A DNA stretch of 64,000 bases. It comes from Eledone cirrhosa (taxonomy: Eukaryota). Location: assembly GCA_964016885.1 (NCBI GenBank), contig OZ024762.1:29450001-29514000 (forward strand), in the 5' to 3' direction. A program made the position numbers and the translations under genes. Shown here one piece after another: positions 9,840 through 24,000 of this stretch (position 1 is the first letter of the stretch; the number at the start of each line of letters is the position of its first letter). The notes under the pieces were generated by a model, which was given only the letters and a program-made list of their open reading frames with translations, made no database searches and was not told the origin of the DNA.

Positions 9840-12800
9840 TTAGGGTAGAGGGTCAGATGTCATGTTATGGTGGTGGGTTGGCAGTAAGGGTAGAGGGTCA
9901 GATGTCAGGTTAGGGTGGTGGGTTGTCAGTAAGGGTAGAGGGTCAGATGTCAGGTTAGGGTGGTGGGTTGGCAGTAAGGGTAGAGGGTCAGATGTCATGT
10001 TAGGGTGTTGGGTTTGCAGTATTGGTAGAGGGTCAGATGTCAGGTTAGGGTGGTGGGTTGGCAGTATTGGTAGAGGGTCACATGTCAGGTTAGGGTGGTG
10101 GTTTGGTAGTATTGGTTGAGGGTCAGATGTCAGGTTAGGGTGGTGGTTTGGCAGTATTGGTAGAGGGTCAGATGTCATGTTAGGGTGGTGGTTTGGCAGT
10201 AAGGGTAGAGGGTCAGATGTCATGTTAGAGTGGTGGGTTGGCAGGAAGGGTAGAGGGTCAGATGTCATGTTAGGGTGGTGGGTTGGCAGTATTGGTAGAG
10301 GGTCAGACGCCATGTTAGGGTGGTGGGTTGGCAGTATTGGTAGAGGGTCAGATGTCATGTTAGGGTGGTGGGTTGGCAGTATTGGTAGAGGGTCAGATGT
10401 CATGTTAGGGTGGTGGGTTGGCAGTATTGGTAGAGGGTCAGATGTCAGGTTAGGGTTTTGGGTTGGCAGTAAGGGTAGAGGGTCAGATGTCAGGTTAGGG
10501 TTGTGGGTTGCCAGTATTGGTAGAGGGTCAGATGTCAGGTTAGGGTGGTGGGTTGGCAGTATTGGTAGAGGGTCAGATGTCAGGTTAGGGTGGTGGGTTG
10601 GCAGTATTGGTAGAGGGTCAGACGCCATGTTAGGGTGGTGGGTTGGCAGTATTGGTAGAGGGTCAGATGTCATGTTAGGGTGGTGGGTTGGCAGTATTGG
10701 TAGAGGGTCAGATGTCATGTTAGGGTGGTGGGTTGGCAGTATTGGTAGAGGGTCAGATGTCAGGTTAGGGTGGTGGGTTGGCAGTAAGGGTAGAGGGTCA
10801 GATGTCAGGTTAGGGTGGTGGGTTGCCAGTATTGGTAGAGGGTCAGATGTCAGGTTAGGGTGGTGGGTTGGCAGTATTGGTAGAGGGTCAGATGTCAGGT
10901 TAGGGTGGTGGGTTGGCAGTATTGGTATGGGGTCAGATGTCATGTTAGGGTGGTGGGTTGGCAGTATTGGTAGAGGGTCAGACGCCATGTTAGGGTGGTG
11001 GGTTGGCAGTATTGGTAGAGGGTCAGATGTCATGTTAGGGTGGTGGGTTGGCAGTATTGGTAGAGGGTCAGATGTCATGTTAGGGTGGTGGGTTGGCAGT
11101 AAGGGTAGAGGGTCAGATGTCAGGTTAGGGTGGTGGGTTGCCAGTATTGGTAGAGGGTCAGATGTCAGGTTAGGGTGGTGGGTTGGCAGTATTGGTAGAG
11201 GGTCAGATGTCAGGTTAGGGTGGTGGGTTGGCAGTATTGGTAGAGGGTCAGATGTCAGGTTAGGGTGGTGGGTTGGCAGTAAGGGTAGAGGGTCAGATGT
11301 CAGGTTAGGGTGGTGTGTTGGCAGTATTGGTAGAGGGTCAGATGTCATGTTAGGGTGGTGGGTTGGCAGTATTGGTAGAAGGTCAGATGTCATGTTAGGG
11401 TGGTGGGTTGGCAGTATTGGTAGAGGATCAGAAGTCATGTTAGGGTGGTGGGTTGGCAGTATTGGTAGAGGTTCAGATGTCAGGTTAGGGTGGTGGTTTG
11501 GCAGTATTGGTAGAGGGTCAGATGTCATGTTAGGGTGGTGGTTTGGCAGTAAGGGTAGAGGGTCAGATGTCATGTTAGGGTGGTGGGTTGGCAGTAAGGG
11601 TAGAGGGTCAGATGTCAGGTTAGGGTGGTGGGTTGGCAGTAAGGGTAGAGGGTCAGATGTCAGGTTAGGGTGGTGGGTTGTCAGTAAGGGTAGAGGGTCA
11701 GATGTCAGGTTAGGGTGGTGGGTTGTCAGTAAGGGTCGAGGGTCAGATGTCAGGTTAGGGTGGTGGGTTGGCAGTAAGGGTAGAGGGTCAGATGTCAGGT
11801 TAGGGTGGTGGGTTGGCAGTAAGGGTAGAGGGTCAGATGTCAGGTTAGGGTGGTGGGTTGGCAGTAAGGGTAGAGGGTCAGATGTCATGTTAGGGTGGTG
11901 GGTTGGCAGTAAGGATAGAGGGTCAGATGTCATGTTAGGGTGGTGGGTTGGCAGTAAGGGTAGAGGGTCAGACACCATGTTAGGGTGGTGGGTTGGCAGT
12001 TAGGGTAGAGGGTCAGATGTCATGTTATGGTGGTGGGTTGGCAGTAAGGGTAGAGGGTCAGATGTCAGGTTAGGGTGGTGGGTTGTCAGTAAGGGTAGAG
12101 GGTCAGATGTCAGGTTAGGGTGGTGGGTTGGCAGTAAGGGTAGAGGGTCAGATGTCATGTTAGGGTGGTGGGTTTGCAGTATTGGTAGAGGGTCAGATGT
12201 CAGGTTAGGGTGGTGGGTTGGCAGTATTGGTAGAGGGTCACATGTCAGGTTAGGGTGGTGGTTTGGCAGTATTGGTAGAGGGTCAGATGTCAGGTTAGGG
12301 TGGTGGTTTGGCAGTATTGGTAGAGGGTCAGATGTCATGTTAGGGTGGTGGTTTGGCAGTAAGGGTAGAGGGTCAGATGTCATGTTAGGGTGGTTGGTTG
12401 GCAGGAAGGGTAGAGGGTCAGATGTCATGTTAGGGTGGTGGGTTGGCAGTATTGGTAGAGGGTCAGACGCCATGTTAGGGTGGTGGGTTGGCAGTATTGG
12501 TAGAGGGTCAGATGTCAGGTTAGGGTGGTGGGTTGGCAGTATTGGTAGAGGGTCAGATGTCATGTTAGGGTGGTGGGTTGGCAGTATTGGTAGAGGGTCA
12601 GATGTCATGTTAGAGTGGTGGGTTGGCAGGAAGGGTAGAGGGTCAGATGTCATGTTAGGGTGGTGGGTTGGCAGTATTGGTAGAGGGTCAGATGTCATGT
12701 TAGGGTGGTGGGTTGGCAGTATTGGTAGAGGGTCAGATGTCAGGTTAGGGTTTTGGGTTGGCAGTAAGGGTAGAGGGTCAGATGTCAGGTTAGGGTTGTG

Positions 12801-14940
12801 GGTTGCCAGTATTGGTAGAGGGTCAGATGTCAGGTTAGGGTGGTGGGTTGCCAGTATTGGTAGAGGGTCAGATGTCAGGTTAGGGTGGTGGGTTGGCAGT
12901 ATTGGTAGAGGGTCAGACGCCATGTTAGGGTGGTGGGTTGGCAGTATTGGTAGAGGGTCAGATGTCATGTTAGGGTGGTGGGTTGGCAGTATTGGTAGAG
13001 GGTCAGATGTCATGTTAGGGTGGTGGGTTGGCAGTATTGGTAGAGGGTCAGATATCAGGTTAGGGTGGTGGGTTGGCAGTAAGGGTAGAGGGTCAGATGT
13101 CAGGTTAGGGTGGTGGGTTGCCAGTATTGGTAGAGGGTCAGATGTCAGGTTAGGGTGGTGGGTTGGCAGTATTGGTAGAGGGTCAGATGTCAGGTTAGGG
13201 TGGTGGGTTGGCAGTATTGGTAGAGGGTCAGATGTCATGTTAGGGTGGTGGGTTGGCAGTATTGGTAGAGGGTCAGACGCCATGTTAGGGTGGTGGGTTG
13301 GCAGTATTGGTAGAGGGTCAGATGTCATGTTAGGGTGGTGGGTTGGCAGTATTGGTAGAGGGTCAGATGTCATGTTAGGGTGGTGGGTTGGCAGTAAGGG
13401 TAGAGGGTCAGATGTCAGGTTAGGGTGGTGGGTTGCCAGTATTGGTAGAGGGTCAGATGTCAGGTTAGGGTGGTGGGTTGGCAGTATTGGTAGAGGGTCA
13501 GATGTCAGGTTAGGGTGGTGGGTTGGCAGTATTGGTAGAGGGTCAGATGTCAGGTTAGGGTGGTGGGTTGGCAGTAAGGGTAGAGGGTCAGATGTCAGGT
13601 TAGGGTGGTGTGTTGGCAGTATTGGTAGAGGGTCAGATGTCATGTTAGGGTGGTGGGTTGGCAGTATTGGTAGAGGGTCAGATGTCATGTTAGGGTGGTG
13701 GGTTGGCAGTATTGGTAGAGGATCAGAAGTCATGTTAGGGTGGTGGGTTGGCAGTATTGGTAGAGGTTCAGATGTCAGGTTAGGGTGGTGGTTTGGCAGT
13801 ATTGGTAGAGGGTCAGATGTCATGTTAGGGTGGTGGTTTGGCAGTAAGGGTAGAGGGTCAGATGTCATGTTAGGGTGGTGGGTTGGCAGTAAGGGTAGAG
13901 GGTCAGATGTCAGGTTAGGGTGGTGGGTTGGCAGTAAGGGTAGAGGGTCAGATGTCAGGTTAGGGTGGTGGGTTGTCAGTAAGGGTAGAGGGTCAGATGT
14001 CAGGTTAGGGTGGTGGGTTGTCAGTAAGGGTAGAGGGTCAGATGTCAGGTTAGGGTGGTGGGTTGGCAGTAAGGGTAGAGGGTCAGATGTCAGGTTAGGG
14101 TGGTGGGTTGGCAGTAAGGGTAGAGGGTCAGATGTCAGGTTAGGGTGGTGGGTTGGCAGTAAGGGTAGAGGGTCAGATGTCATGTTAGGGTGGTGGGTTG
14201 GCAGTAAGGATAGAAGGTCAGATGTCATGTTAGGGTGGTGGGTTGGCAGTAAGGGTAGAGGGTCAGACACCATGTTAGGGTGGTGGGTTGGCAGTTAGGG
14301 TAGAGGGTCAGATGTCATGTTATGGTGGTGGGTTGGCAGTAAGGGTAGAGGGTCAGATGTCAGGTTAGGGTGGTGGGTTGTCAGTAAGGGTAGAGGGTCA
14401 GATGTCAGGTTAGGGTGGTGGGTTGGCAGTAAGGGTAGAGGGTCAGATGTCATGTTAGGGTGGTGGGTTTGCAGTATTGGTAGAGGGTCAGATGTCAGGT
14501 TAGGGTGGTGGGTTGGCAGTATTGGTAGAGGGTCACATGTCAGGTTAGGGTGGTGGTTTGGCAGTATTGGTAGAGGGTCAGATGTCAGGTTAGGGTGGTG
14601 GTTTGGCAGTATTGGTAGAGGGTCAGATGTCATGTTAGGGTGGTGGTTTGGCAGTAAGGGTAGAGGGTCAGATGTCATGTTAGGGTGGTTGGTTGGCAGG
14701 AAGGGTAGAGGGTCAGATGTCATGTTAGGGTGGTGGGTTGGCAGTATTGGTAGAGGGTCAGACGCCATGTTAGGGTGGTGGGTTGGCAGTATTGGTAGAG
14801 GGTCAGATGTCAGGTTAGGGTGGTGGGTTGGCAGTATTGGTAGAGGGTCAGATGTCATGTTAGGGTGGTGGGTTGGCAGTATTGGTAGAGGGTCAGATGT
14901 CAGGTTAGGGTTTTGGGTTGGCAGTAAGGGTAGAGGGTCA
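9840..14940 (+). repeat. Tandem higher-order units of 2160 bp (48 monomers) and 2295 bp (51 monomers), plus a partial third unit
   Basis: The marker CAGTTAGGG followed by TTATGG occurs at 9840, 12000 and 14295. The ordered variants GGTTTT, TTGTGG, TGGTGT, GGATCAGAAG, GGTTCA and AAGGAT are shared by the first two units. Confidence 0.85.
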
Positions 14941-17900
14941 GATGTCAGGTTAGGGTGGTGGGTTGTCAGTAAGGGTAGAGGGTCAGATGTCAGGTTAGGG
15001 TGGTGGGTTGGCAGTAAGGGTAGAGGGTCAGATGTCATGTTAGGGTGGTGGGTTTGCAGTATTGGTAGAGGGTCAGATGTCAGGTTAGGGTGGTGGGTTG
15101 GCAGTATTGGTAGAGGGTCACATGTCAGGTTAGGGTGGTGGTTTGGCAGTATTGGTAGAGGGTCAGATGTCAGGTTAGGGTGGTGGTTTGGCAGTATTGG
15201 TAGAGGGTCAGATGTCATGTTAGGGTGGTGGTTTGGCAGTAAGGGTAGAGGGTCAGATGTCATGTTAGGGTGGTGGGTTGGCAGGAAGGGTAGAGGGTCA
15301 GATGTCATGTTAGGGTGGTGGGTTGGCAGTATTGGTAGAGGGTCAGACGCCATGTTAGGGTGGTGGGTTGGCAGTATTGGTAGAGGGTCAGATGTCATGT
15401 TAGGGTGGTGGGTTGGCAGTATTGGTAGAGGGTCAGATGTCATGTTAGGGTGGTGGGTTGGCAGTATTGGTAGAGGGTCAGATGTCAGGTTAGGGTGGTG
15501 GGTTGGCAGTAAGGGTAGAGGGTCAGATGTCAGGTTAGGGTGGTGGGTTGCCAGTATTGGTAGAGGGTCAGATGTCAGGTTAGGGTGGTGGGTTGGCAGT
15601 ATTGGTAGAGGGTCAGATGTCAGGTTAGGGTGGTGGGTTGGCAGTATTGGTAGAGGGTCAGACGCCATGTTAGGGTGGTGGGTTGGCAGTATTGGTAGAG
15701 GGTCAGATGTCATGTTAGGGTGGTGGGTTGGCAGTATTGGTAGAGGGTCAGATGTCATGTTAGGGTGGTGGGTTGGCAGTATTGGTAGAGGGTCAGACGC
15801 CATGTTAGGGTGGTGGGTTGGCAGTATTGGTAGAGGGTCAGATGTCATGTTAGGGTGGTGGGTTGGCAGTATTGGTAGAGGGTCAGATGTCATGTTAGGG
15901 TGGTGGGTTGGCAGTATTGGTAGAGGGTCAGATATCAGGTTAGGGTGGTGGGTTGGCAGTAAGGGTAGAGGGTCAGATGTCAGGTTAGGGTGGTGGGTTG
16001 GCAGTAAGGGTAGAGGGTCAGATGTCAGGTTAGGGTGGTGGGTTGCCAGTATTGGTAGAGGGTCAGATGTCAGGTTAGGGTGGTGGGTTGGCAGTATTGG
16101 TAGAGGGTCAGATGTCAGGTTAGGGTGGTGGGTTGGCAGTATTGGTAGAGGGTCAGATGTCATGTTAGGGTGGTGGGTTGCCAGTATTGGTAGAGGGTCA
16201 GATGTCAGGTTAGGGTGGTGGGTTGGCAGTATTGGTAGAGGGTCTGATGTCAGGTTAGGGTGGTGGGTTGGCAGTAAGGGTAGAGTGTCAGACACCATGT
16301 TAGGGTGGTGGGTTGGCAGTAAGGGTAGAGGGTCAGACACCATGTTAGGGTGATGGGTTGGCAGTAAGGGTAGAGGGTCAGATGCCATGTTAGGGTGGTG
16401 GGTTGGCAGTAAGGGTAGAGGGTCAGATGCCATGTTATGGTGGTGGGTTGGCAGTAAGGGTAGAGGGTCAGATGTCATGTTAGGGTGGTGGTTTGGCAGT
16501 AAGGGTAGAGGGTCAGATGTCAGGTTAGGGTGGTGGGTTGTCAGTAAGGGTAGAGGGTCAGATGTCAGGTTAGGGTGGTGGGTTGGCAGTAAGGGTAGAG
16601 GGTCAGATGTCAGGTTAGGGTGGTGGGTTGTCAGTAAGGGTAGAGGGTCAGATGTCAGGTTAGGGTGGTGGGTTGTCAGTAAGGGTAGAGGGTCAGATGT
16701 CAGGGTAGGGTGGTGGGTTGGCAGTAAGGGTAGAGGGTCAGATGTCAGGTTAGGGTGGTGGGTTGGCAGGAAGGGTAGAGGGTCAGATGTCATGTTAGGG
16801 TGGTGGGTTGGCAGTATTGGTAGAGGGTCAGACGCCATGTTAGGGTGGTGGGTTGGCAGTATTGGTAGAGGGTCAGATGTCATGTTAGGGTGGTGGGTTG
16901 GCAGTATTGGTAGAGGGTCAGATGTCATGTTAGGGTGGTGGGTTGGCAGTATTGGTAGAGGGTCAGATGTCAGGTTAGGGTTTTGGGTTGGCAGTAAGGG
17001 TAGAGGGTCAGATGTCAGGTTAGGGTTGTGGGTTGGCAGTATTGTTAGAGGGTCAGATGTCAGGTTAGGGTGGTGGGTTGGCAGTATTGGTAGAGGGTCA
17101 GACGCCATGTTAGGGTGGTGGGTTGGCAGTATTGGTAGAGGGTCAGATGTCATGTTAGGGTGGTGGGTTGGCAGTATTGGTAGAGGGTCAGATGTCATGT
17201 TAGTGTGGTGGGTTGGCAGTATTGGTAGAGGGTCAGATGTCAGGTTAGGGTGGTGGGTTGGCAGTATTGGTAGAGGGTCACATGTCAGGTTAGGGTGGTG
17301 GTTTGGCAGTATTGGTAGAGGGTCAGATGTCAGGTTAGGGTGGTGGTTTGGCAGTATTGGTAGAGGGTCAGATGTCATGTTAGGGTGGTGGTTTGGCAGT
17401 AAGGGTAGAGGGTCAGATGTCATGTTAGGGTGGTTGGTTGGCAGGAAGGGTAGAGGGTCAGATGTCATGTTAGGGTGGTGGGTTGGCAGTATTGGTAGAG
17501 GGTCAGATGCCATGTTAGGGTGGTGGGTTGGCAGTATTGGTAGAGGGTCAGATGTCATGTTAGGGTGGTGGGTTGGCAGTATTGGTAGAGGGTCAGATGT
17601 CATGTTAGGGTGGTGGGTTGGCAGTATTGGTAGAGGGTCAGATGTCAGGTTAGGGTGGTGGGTTGGCAGTAAGGGTAGAGGGTCAGATGTCAGGTTAGGG
17701 TGGTGGGTTGCCAGTATTGGTAAAGGGTCAGATGTCAGGTTAGGGTGGTGGTTTGGCAGTATTGGTAGAGGGTCAGATGTCATGTTAGGGTGGTGGTTTG
17801 GCAGTAAGGGTAGAGGGTCAGATGTCATGTTAGGGTGGTGGGTTGGCAGTAAGGGTAGAGGGTCAGATGTCAGGTTAGGGTGGTGGGTTGGCAGTAAGGG

Positions 17901-18099
17901 TAGAGGGTCAGATGTCAGGTTAGGGTGGTGGGTTGTCAGTAAGGGTAGAGGGTCAGATGTCAGGTTAGGGTGGTGGGTTGTCAGTAAGGGTAGAGGGTCA
18001 GATGTCAGGTTAGGGTGGTGGGTTGGCAGTAAGGGTAGAGGGTCAGATGTCAGGTTAGGGTGGTGGGTTGGCAGTAAGGGTAGAGGGTCAGATGTCAGG

Positions 18100-21000
18100 T
18101 TAGGGTGGTGGGTTGGCAGTATTGGTAGAGGGTCAGATGTCATGTGAGGGTGGTGGGTTGGCAGTATTGGTAGAGGGTCAGATGTCAGGTTAGGGTGGTG
18201 GGTTGGCAGTAAGGGTAGAGGGTCAGATGTCAGGTTAGGGTGGTGGGTTGCCAGTATTGGTAGAGGGTCAGATGTCAGGTTAGGGTGGTGGGTTGGCAGT
18301 ATTGGTAGAGGGTCAGATGTCAGGTTAGGGTGGTGGGTTGGCAGTATTGGTAGAGGGTCAGACGCCATGTTAGGGTGGTGGGTTGGCAGTATTGGTAGAG
18401 GGTCAGATGTCATGTTAGGGTGGTGGGTTGGCAGTATTGGTAGAGGGTCAGATGTCAGGTTAGGGTGGTGGGTTGGCAGTAAGGGTAGAGGGTCAGATGT
18501 CAGGTTAGGGTGGTGGGTTGCCAGTATTGGTAGAGGGTCAGATGTCAGGTTAGGGTGGTGGGTTGGCAGTATTGGTAGAGGGTCAGACGTCAGGTTAGGG
18601 TGGTGGATTGGCAGTATTGGTAGAGGGTCAGATGTCAGGTTAGGGTGGTGTGTTGGCAGTATTGGTAGAGGGTCAGATGTCATGTTAGGGTGGTGGGTTG
18701 GCAGTATTGGTAGAGGGTCAGATGTCATGTTAGGGTGGTGGGTTGGCAGTATTGGTAGAGGATCAGAAGTCATGTTAGGGTGGTGGGTTGGCAGTATTGG
18801 TAGAGGGTCAGATGTCAGGTTAGGGTGGTGGTTTGGCAGTATTGGTAGAGGGTCAGATGTCATGTTAGGGTGGTGGTTTGGCAGTAAGGGTAGAGGGTCA
18901 GATGTCAGGTTAGGGTGGTGGGTTGTCAGTAAGGGTAGAGGGTCAGATGTCAGGTTAGGGTGGTGGGTTGGCAGTAAGGGTAGAGGGTCAGATGTCAGGT
19001 TAGGGTGGTGGGTTGGCAGTAAGGGTAGAGGGTCAGATGTCAGGTTAGGGTGGTGGGTTGGCAGTAAGGGTAGAGGGTCAGATGTCATGTTAGGGTGGTG
19101 GGTTGGCAGTAAGGATAGAGGGTCAGATGTCATGTTAGGGTGGTGGGTTGGCAGTAAGGGTAGAGGGTCAGACACCATGTTAGGGTGGTGGGTTGGCAGT
19201 TAGGGTAGAGGGTCAGATTTCATGTTATGGTGGTGGGTTGGCAGTAAGGGTAGAGGGTCAGATGTCAGGTTAGGGTGGTGGGTTGTCAGTAAGGGTAGAG
19301 GGTCAGATGTCAGGTTAGGGTGGTGGGTTGGCAGTAAGGGTAGAGGGTCAGATGTCATGTTAGGGTGGTGGGTTTGCAGTATTGGTAGAGGGTCAGATGT
19401 CAGGTTAGGGTGGTGGGTTGGCAGTATTGGTAGAGGGTCACATGTCAGGTTAGGGTGGTGGTTTGGCAGTATTGGTAGAGGGTCAGATGTCAGGTTAGGG
19501 TGGTGGTTTGGCAGTATTGGTAGAGGGTCAGATGTCATGTTAGGGTGGTGGTTTGGCAGTAAGGGTAGAGGGTCAGATGTCATGTTAGGGTGGTTGGTTG
19601 GCAGGAAGGGTAGAGGGTCAGATGTCATGTTAGGGTGGTGGGTTGGCAGTATTGGTAGAGGGTCAGACGCCATGTTAGGGTGGTGGGTTGGCAGTATTGG
19701 TAGAGGGTCAGATGTCATGTTAGGGTGGTGGGTTGGCAGTATTGGTAGAGGGTCAGATGTCATGTTAGGGTGGTGGGTTGGCAGTATTGGTAGAGGGTCA
19801 GATGTCAGGTTAGGGTTTTGGGTTGGCAGTAAGGGTAGAGGGTCAGATGTCAGGTTAGGGTTGTGGGTTGCCAGTATTGGTAGAGGGTCAGATGTCAGGT
19901 TAGGGTGGTGGGTTGGCAGTATTGGTAGAGGGTCAGATGTCAGGTTAGGGTGGTGGGTTGGCAGTATTGGTAGAGGGTCAGACGCCATGTTAGGGTGGTG
20001 GGTTGGCAGTATTGGTAGAGGGTCAGATGTCATGTTAGGGTGGTGGGTTGCCAGTATTGGTAGAGGGTCAGATGTCAGGTTAGGGTGGTGGGTTGGCAGT
20101 ATTGGTAGAGGGTCAGATGTCAGGTTAGGGTGGTGGGTTGGCAGTATTGGTAGAGGGTCAGACGCCATGTTAGGGTGGTGGGTTGGCAGTATTGGTAGAG
20201 TGTCAGATGTCATGTTAGGGTGGTGGGTTGGCAGTATTGGTAGAGGGTCAGATGTCAGGTTAGGGTGGTGGGTTGGCAGTATTGGTAGAGGGTCAGATGT
20301 CAGGTTAGGGTGGTGGGTTGGCAGTAAGGGTAGAGGGTCAGATGTCAGGTTAGGGTGGTGGGTTGCCAGTATTGGTAGAGGGTCAGATGTCAGGTTAGGG
20401 TGGTGGGTTGGCAGTATTGGTAGAGGGTCAGACGTCAGGTTAGGGTGGTGGGTTGGCAGTATTGGTAGAGGGTCAGATGTCAGGTTAGGGTGGTGTGTTG
20501 GCAGTATTGGTAGAGGGTCAGATGTCATGTTAGGGTGGTGGGTTGGCAGTATTGGTAGAGGGTCAGATGTCATGTTAGGGTGGTGGGTTGGCAGTATTGG
20601 TAGAGGATCAGAAGTCATGTTAGGGTGGTGGGTTGGCAGTATTGGTAGAGGGTCGGATGTCAGGTTAGGGTGGTGGTTTGGCAGTATTGGTAGAGGGTCA
20701 GATGTCATGTTAGGGTGGTGGTTTGGCAGTAAGTGTAGAGGGTCAGATGTCATGTTAGGGTGGTGGGTTGGCAGTAAGGGTAGAGGGTCAGATGTCATGT
20801 TAGGGTGGTGGGTTGGCAGTATTGGTAGAGGGTCAGACGCCATGTTAGGGTGGTGGGTTGGCAGTATTGGTAGAGGGTCAGATGTCATGTTAGGGTGGTG
20901 GGTTGGCAGTATTGGTAGAGGGTCAGATGTCATGTTAGGGTGGTGGGTTGGCAGTATTGGTAGAGGGTCAGATGTCAGGTTAGGGTGGTGGGTTGGCAGT

Positions 21001-24000
21001 AAGAGTAGAGGGTCAGATGTCAGGTTAGGGTGGTGGGTTGCCAGTATTGGTAGAGGGTCAGATGTCAGGTTAGGGTGGTGGGTTGGCAGTATTGGTAGAG
21101 GGTCAGATGTCAGGTTAGGGTGGTGGGTTGGCAGTATTGGTAGAGGCTCAGATGTCAGTTTAGGGTGGTGGGTTGGCAGTAAGGGTAGAGGGTCAGATGT
21201 CAGTTTAGGGTGGTGGTTTGGCAGGAAGGGTAGAGGGTCAGATGTCATGTTAGGGTGGTGGGTTGGCAGTATTGGTAGAGGGTCAGATGTCATGTTAGGG
21301 TGGTGGGTTGGCAGTATTGGTAGAGGATCAGATGTCATGTTAGGGTGGTGGGTTGGCAGTATTGGTAGAGGGTCAGATGTCAGGTTAGGGTGGTGGGTTG
21401 GCAGTAAGGGTAGAGGGTCAGATGTCAGGTTAGGGTGGTGGGTTGGCAGTATTGGTAGAGGGTCAGATGTCAGGTTAGGGTGGTGGGTTGGCAGTAAGGG
21501 TATAGGGTCAGATGTCAGGTTAGGGTGGTGGGTTGGCAGTAAGGGTAGAGGGTCAGATGTCAGGTTATGGTGGTGGGTTGGCAGTATTGGTAGAGGGTCA
21601 GATGTCAGGTTAGGGTGATGGGTTGGCAGTATTGGTAGAGGGTCAGATGTCAGGTTAGGGTGGTGGGTTGGCAGTATTGGTAGAGGGTCATATGTCAGGT
21701 TAGGGTGGTGGGTTGGCAGTAAGGGTAGAGGGTCAGATTCATGTTAGGGTGGTGGGTTGGCAGTATTGGTAGAGGGTCAGATGTCAGGTTAGGGTGGTGG
21801 GTTGTCAGTAAGGGTAGAGGCTCAGATGTCAGGTTAGGGTGGTGGGTTGTCAGTAAGGGTAGAGGGTCAGATGTCAGGTTAGGGTGGTGGGTTGGCAGTA
21901 AGGGTAGAGGGTCAGATGTCATGTTAGGGTGGTGGGTTGGCAGTAAGGGTAGAGGGTCAGATGTCATGTTAGGGTGGTGGGTTGGCAGTAAGGGTAGAGG
22001 GTCAGATGTCATGTTAGGGTGGTGGGTTGGCAGTAAGGGTAGAGGGTCAGATGTCAGGTTAGGGTGGTGGGTTGTCAGTAAGGGTAGAGGGTCAGATGTC
22101 AGGTTAGGGTGGTGGGTTGGCAGTAAGGGTAGAGGGTCAGATGTCATGTTAGGGTGGTGGGTTTGCAGTATTGGTAGAGGGTCAGATGTCAGGTTAGGGT
22201 GGTGGGTTGGCAGTATTGGTAGAGGGTCACATGACAGGTTAGGGAGGTGGTTTGGCAGTATTGGTAGAGGGTCAGATGTCAGGTTAGGGTGGTGGTTTGG
22301 CAGTATTGGTAGAGGGTCAGATGTCATGTTAGGGTGGTGGTTTGGCAGTAAGGGTAGAGGGTCAGATGTCCTGTTAGGGTGGTGGGTTGGCAGTAAGGGT
22401 AGAGGGTCAGATGTCATGTTAGGGTGGTGGGTTGGCAGTATTGGTAGAGGGTCAGACGCCATGTTAGGGTGGTGGGTTGGCAGTATTGGTAGAGGGTCAG
22501 ATGTCAGGTTAGGGTGGTGGGTTGGCAGTATTGGTAGAGGGTCAGATGTCATGTTAGGGTGGTGGGTTGGCAGTATTGGTAGAGGGTCAGATGTCAGGTT
22601 AGGGTTTTGGGTTGGCAGTAAGGGTAGAGGGTCAGATGTCAGGTTAGGGTTGTGGGTTGCCAGTATTGGTAGAGGGTCAGATGTCAGGTTAGGGTGGTGG
22701 GTTGGCAGTATTGGTAGAGGGTCAGATGTCAGGTTAGGGTGGTGGGTTGCCAGTATTGGTAGAGGGTCAGACGCCATGTTAGGGTGGTGGGTTGGCAGTA
22801 TTGGTAGAGGGTCAGATGTCATGTTAGGGTGGTGGGTTGGCAGTATTGGTAGAGGGTCAGATGTCATGTGAGGGTGGTGGGTTGGCAGTATTGGTAGAGG
22901 GTCAGATGTCAGGTTAGGGTGGTGGGTTGGCAGTAAGGGTAGAGGGTCAGATGTCAGGTTAGGGTGGTGGGTTGCCAGTATTGGTAGAGGGTCAGATGTC
23001 AGGTTAGGGTGGTGGGTTGGCAGTATTGGTAGAGGGTCAGATGTCAGGTTAGGGTGGTGGGTTGGCAGTATTGGTAGAGGGTCAGACGCCATGTTAGGGT
23101 GGTGGGTTGGCAGTATTGGTAGAGGGTCAGATGTCATGTTAGGGTGGTGGGTTGGCAGTATTGGTAGAGGGTCAGATGTCAGGTTAGGGTGGTGGGTTGG
23201 CAGTAAGGGTAGAGGGTCAGATGTCAGGTTAGGGTGGTGGGTTGCCAGTATTGGTAGAGGGTCAGATGTCAGGTTAGGGTGGTGGGTTGGCAGTATTGGT
23301 AGAGGGTCAGCCGTCAGGTTAGGGTGGTGGGTTGGCAGTATTGGTAGAGGGTCATATGTCAGGTTAGGGTGGTGTGTTGGCAGTATTGGTAGAGGGTCAG
23401 ATGTCATGTTAGGGTGGTGGGTTGGCAGTATTGGTAGAGGGTCAGATGTCATGTTAGGGTGGTGGGTTGGCAGTATTGGTAGAGGATCAGAAGTCATGTT
23501 AGGGTGGTGGGTTGGCAGTATTGGTAGAGGGTCAGATGTCAGGTTAGGGTGGTGGTTTGGCAGTATTGGTAGAGGGTCAGATGTCATGTTAGGGTGGTGG
23601 TTTGGCAGTAAGGGTAGAGGGTCAGATGTCAGGTTAGGGTGGTGGGTTGTCAGTAAGGGTAGAGGGTCAGATGTCAGGTTAGGGTGGTGGGTTGGCAGTA
23701 AGGGTAGAGGGTCAGATGTCAGGTTAGGGTGGTGGGTTGGCAGTAAGGGTAGAGGGTCAGATGTCAGGTTAGGGTGGTGGGTTGGCAGTAAGGGTAGAGG
23801 GTCAGATGTCATGTTAGGGTGGTGGGTTGGCAGTAAGGATAGAGGGTCAGATGTCATGTTAGGGTGGTGGGTTGGCAGTAAGGGTAGAGGGTCAGACACC
23901 ATGTTAGGGTGGTGGGTTGGCAGTTAGGGTAGAGGGTCAGATTTCATGTTATGGTGGTGGGTTGGCAGTAAGGGTAGAGGGTCAGATGTCAGGTTAGGGT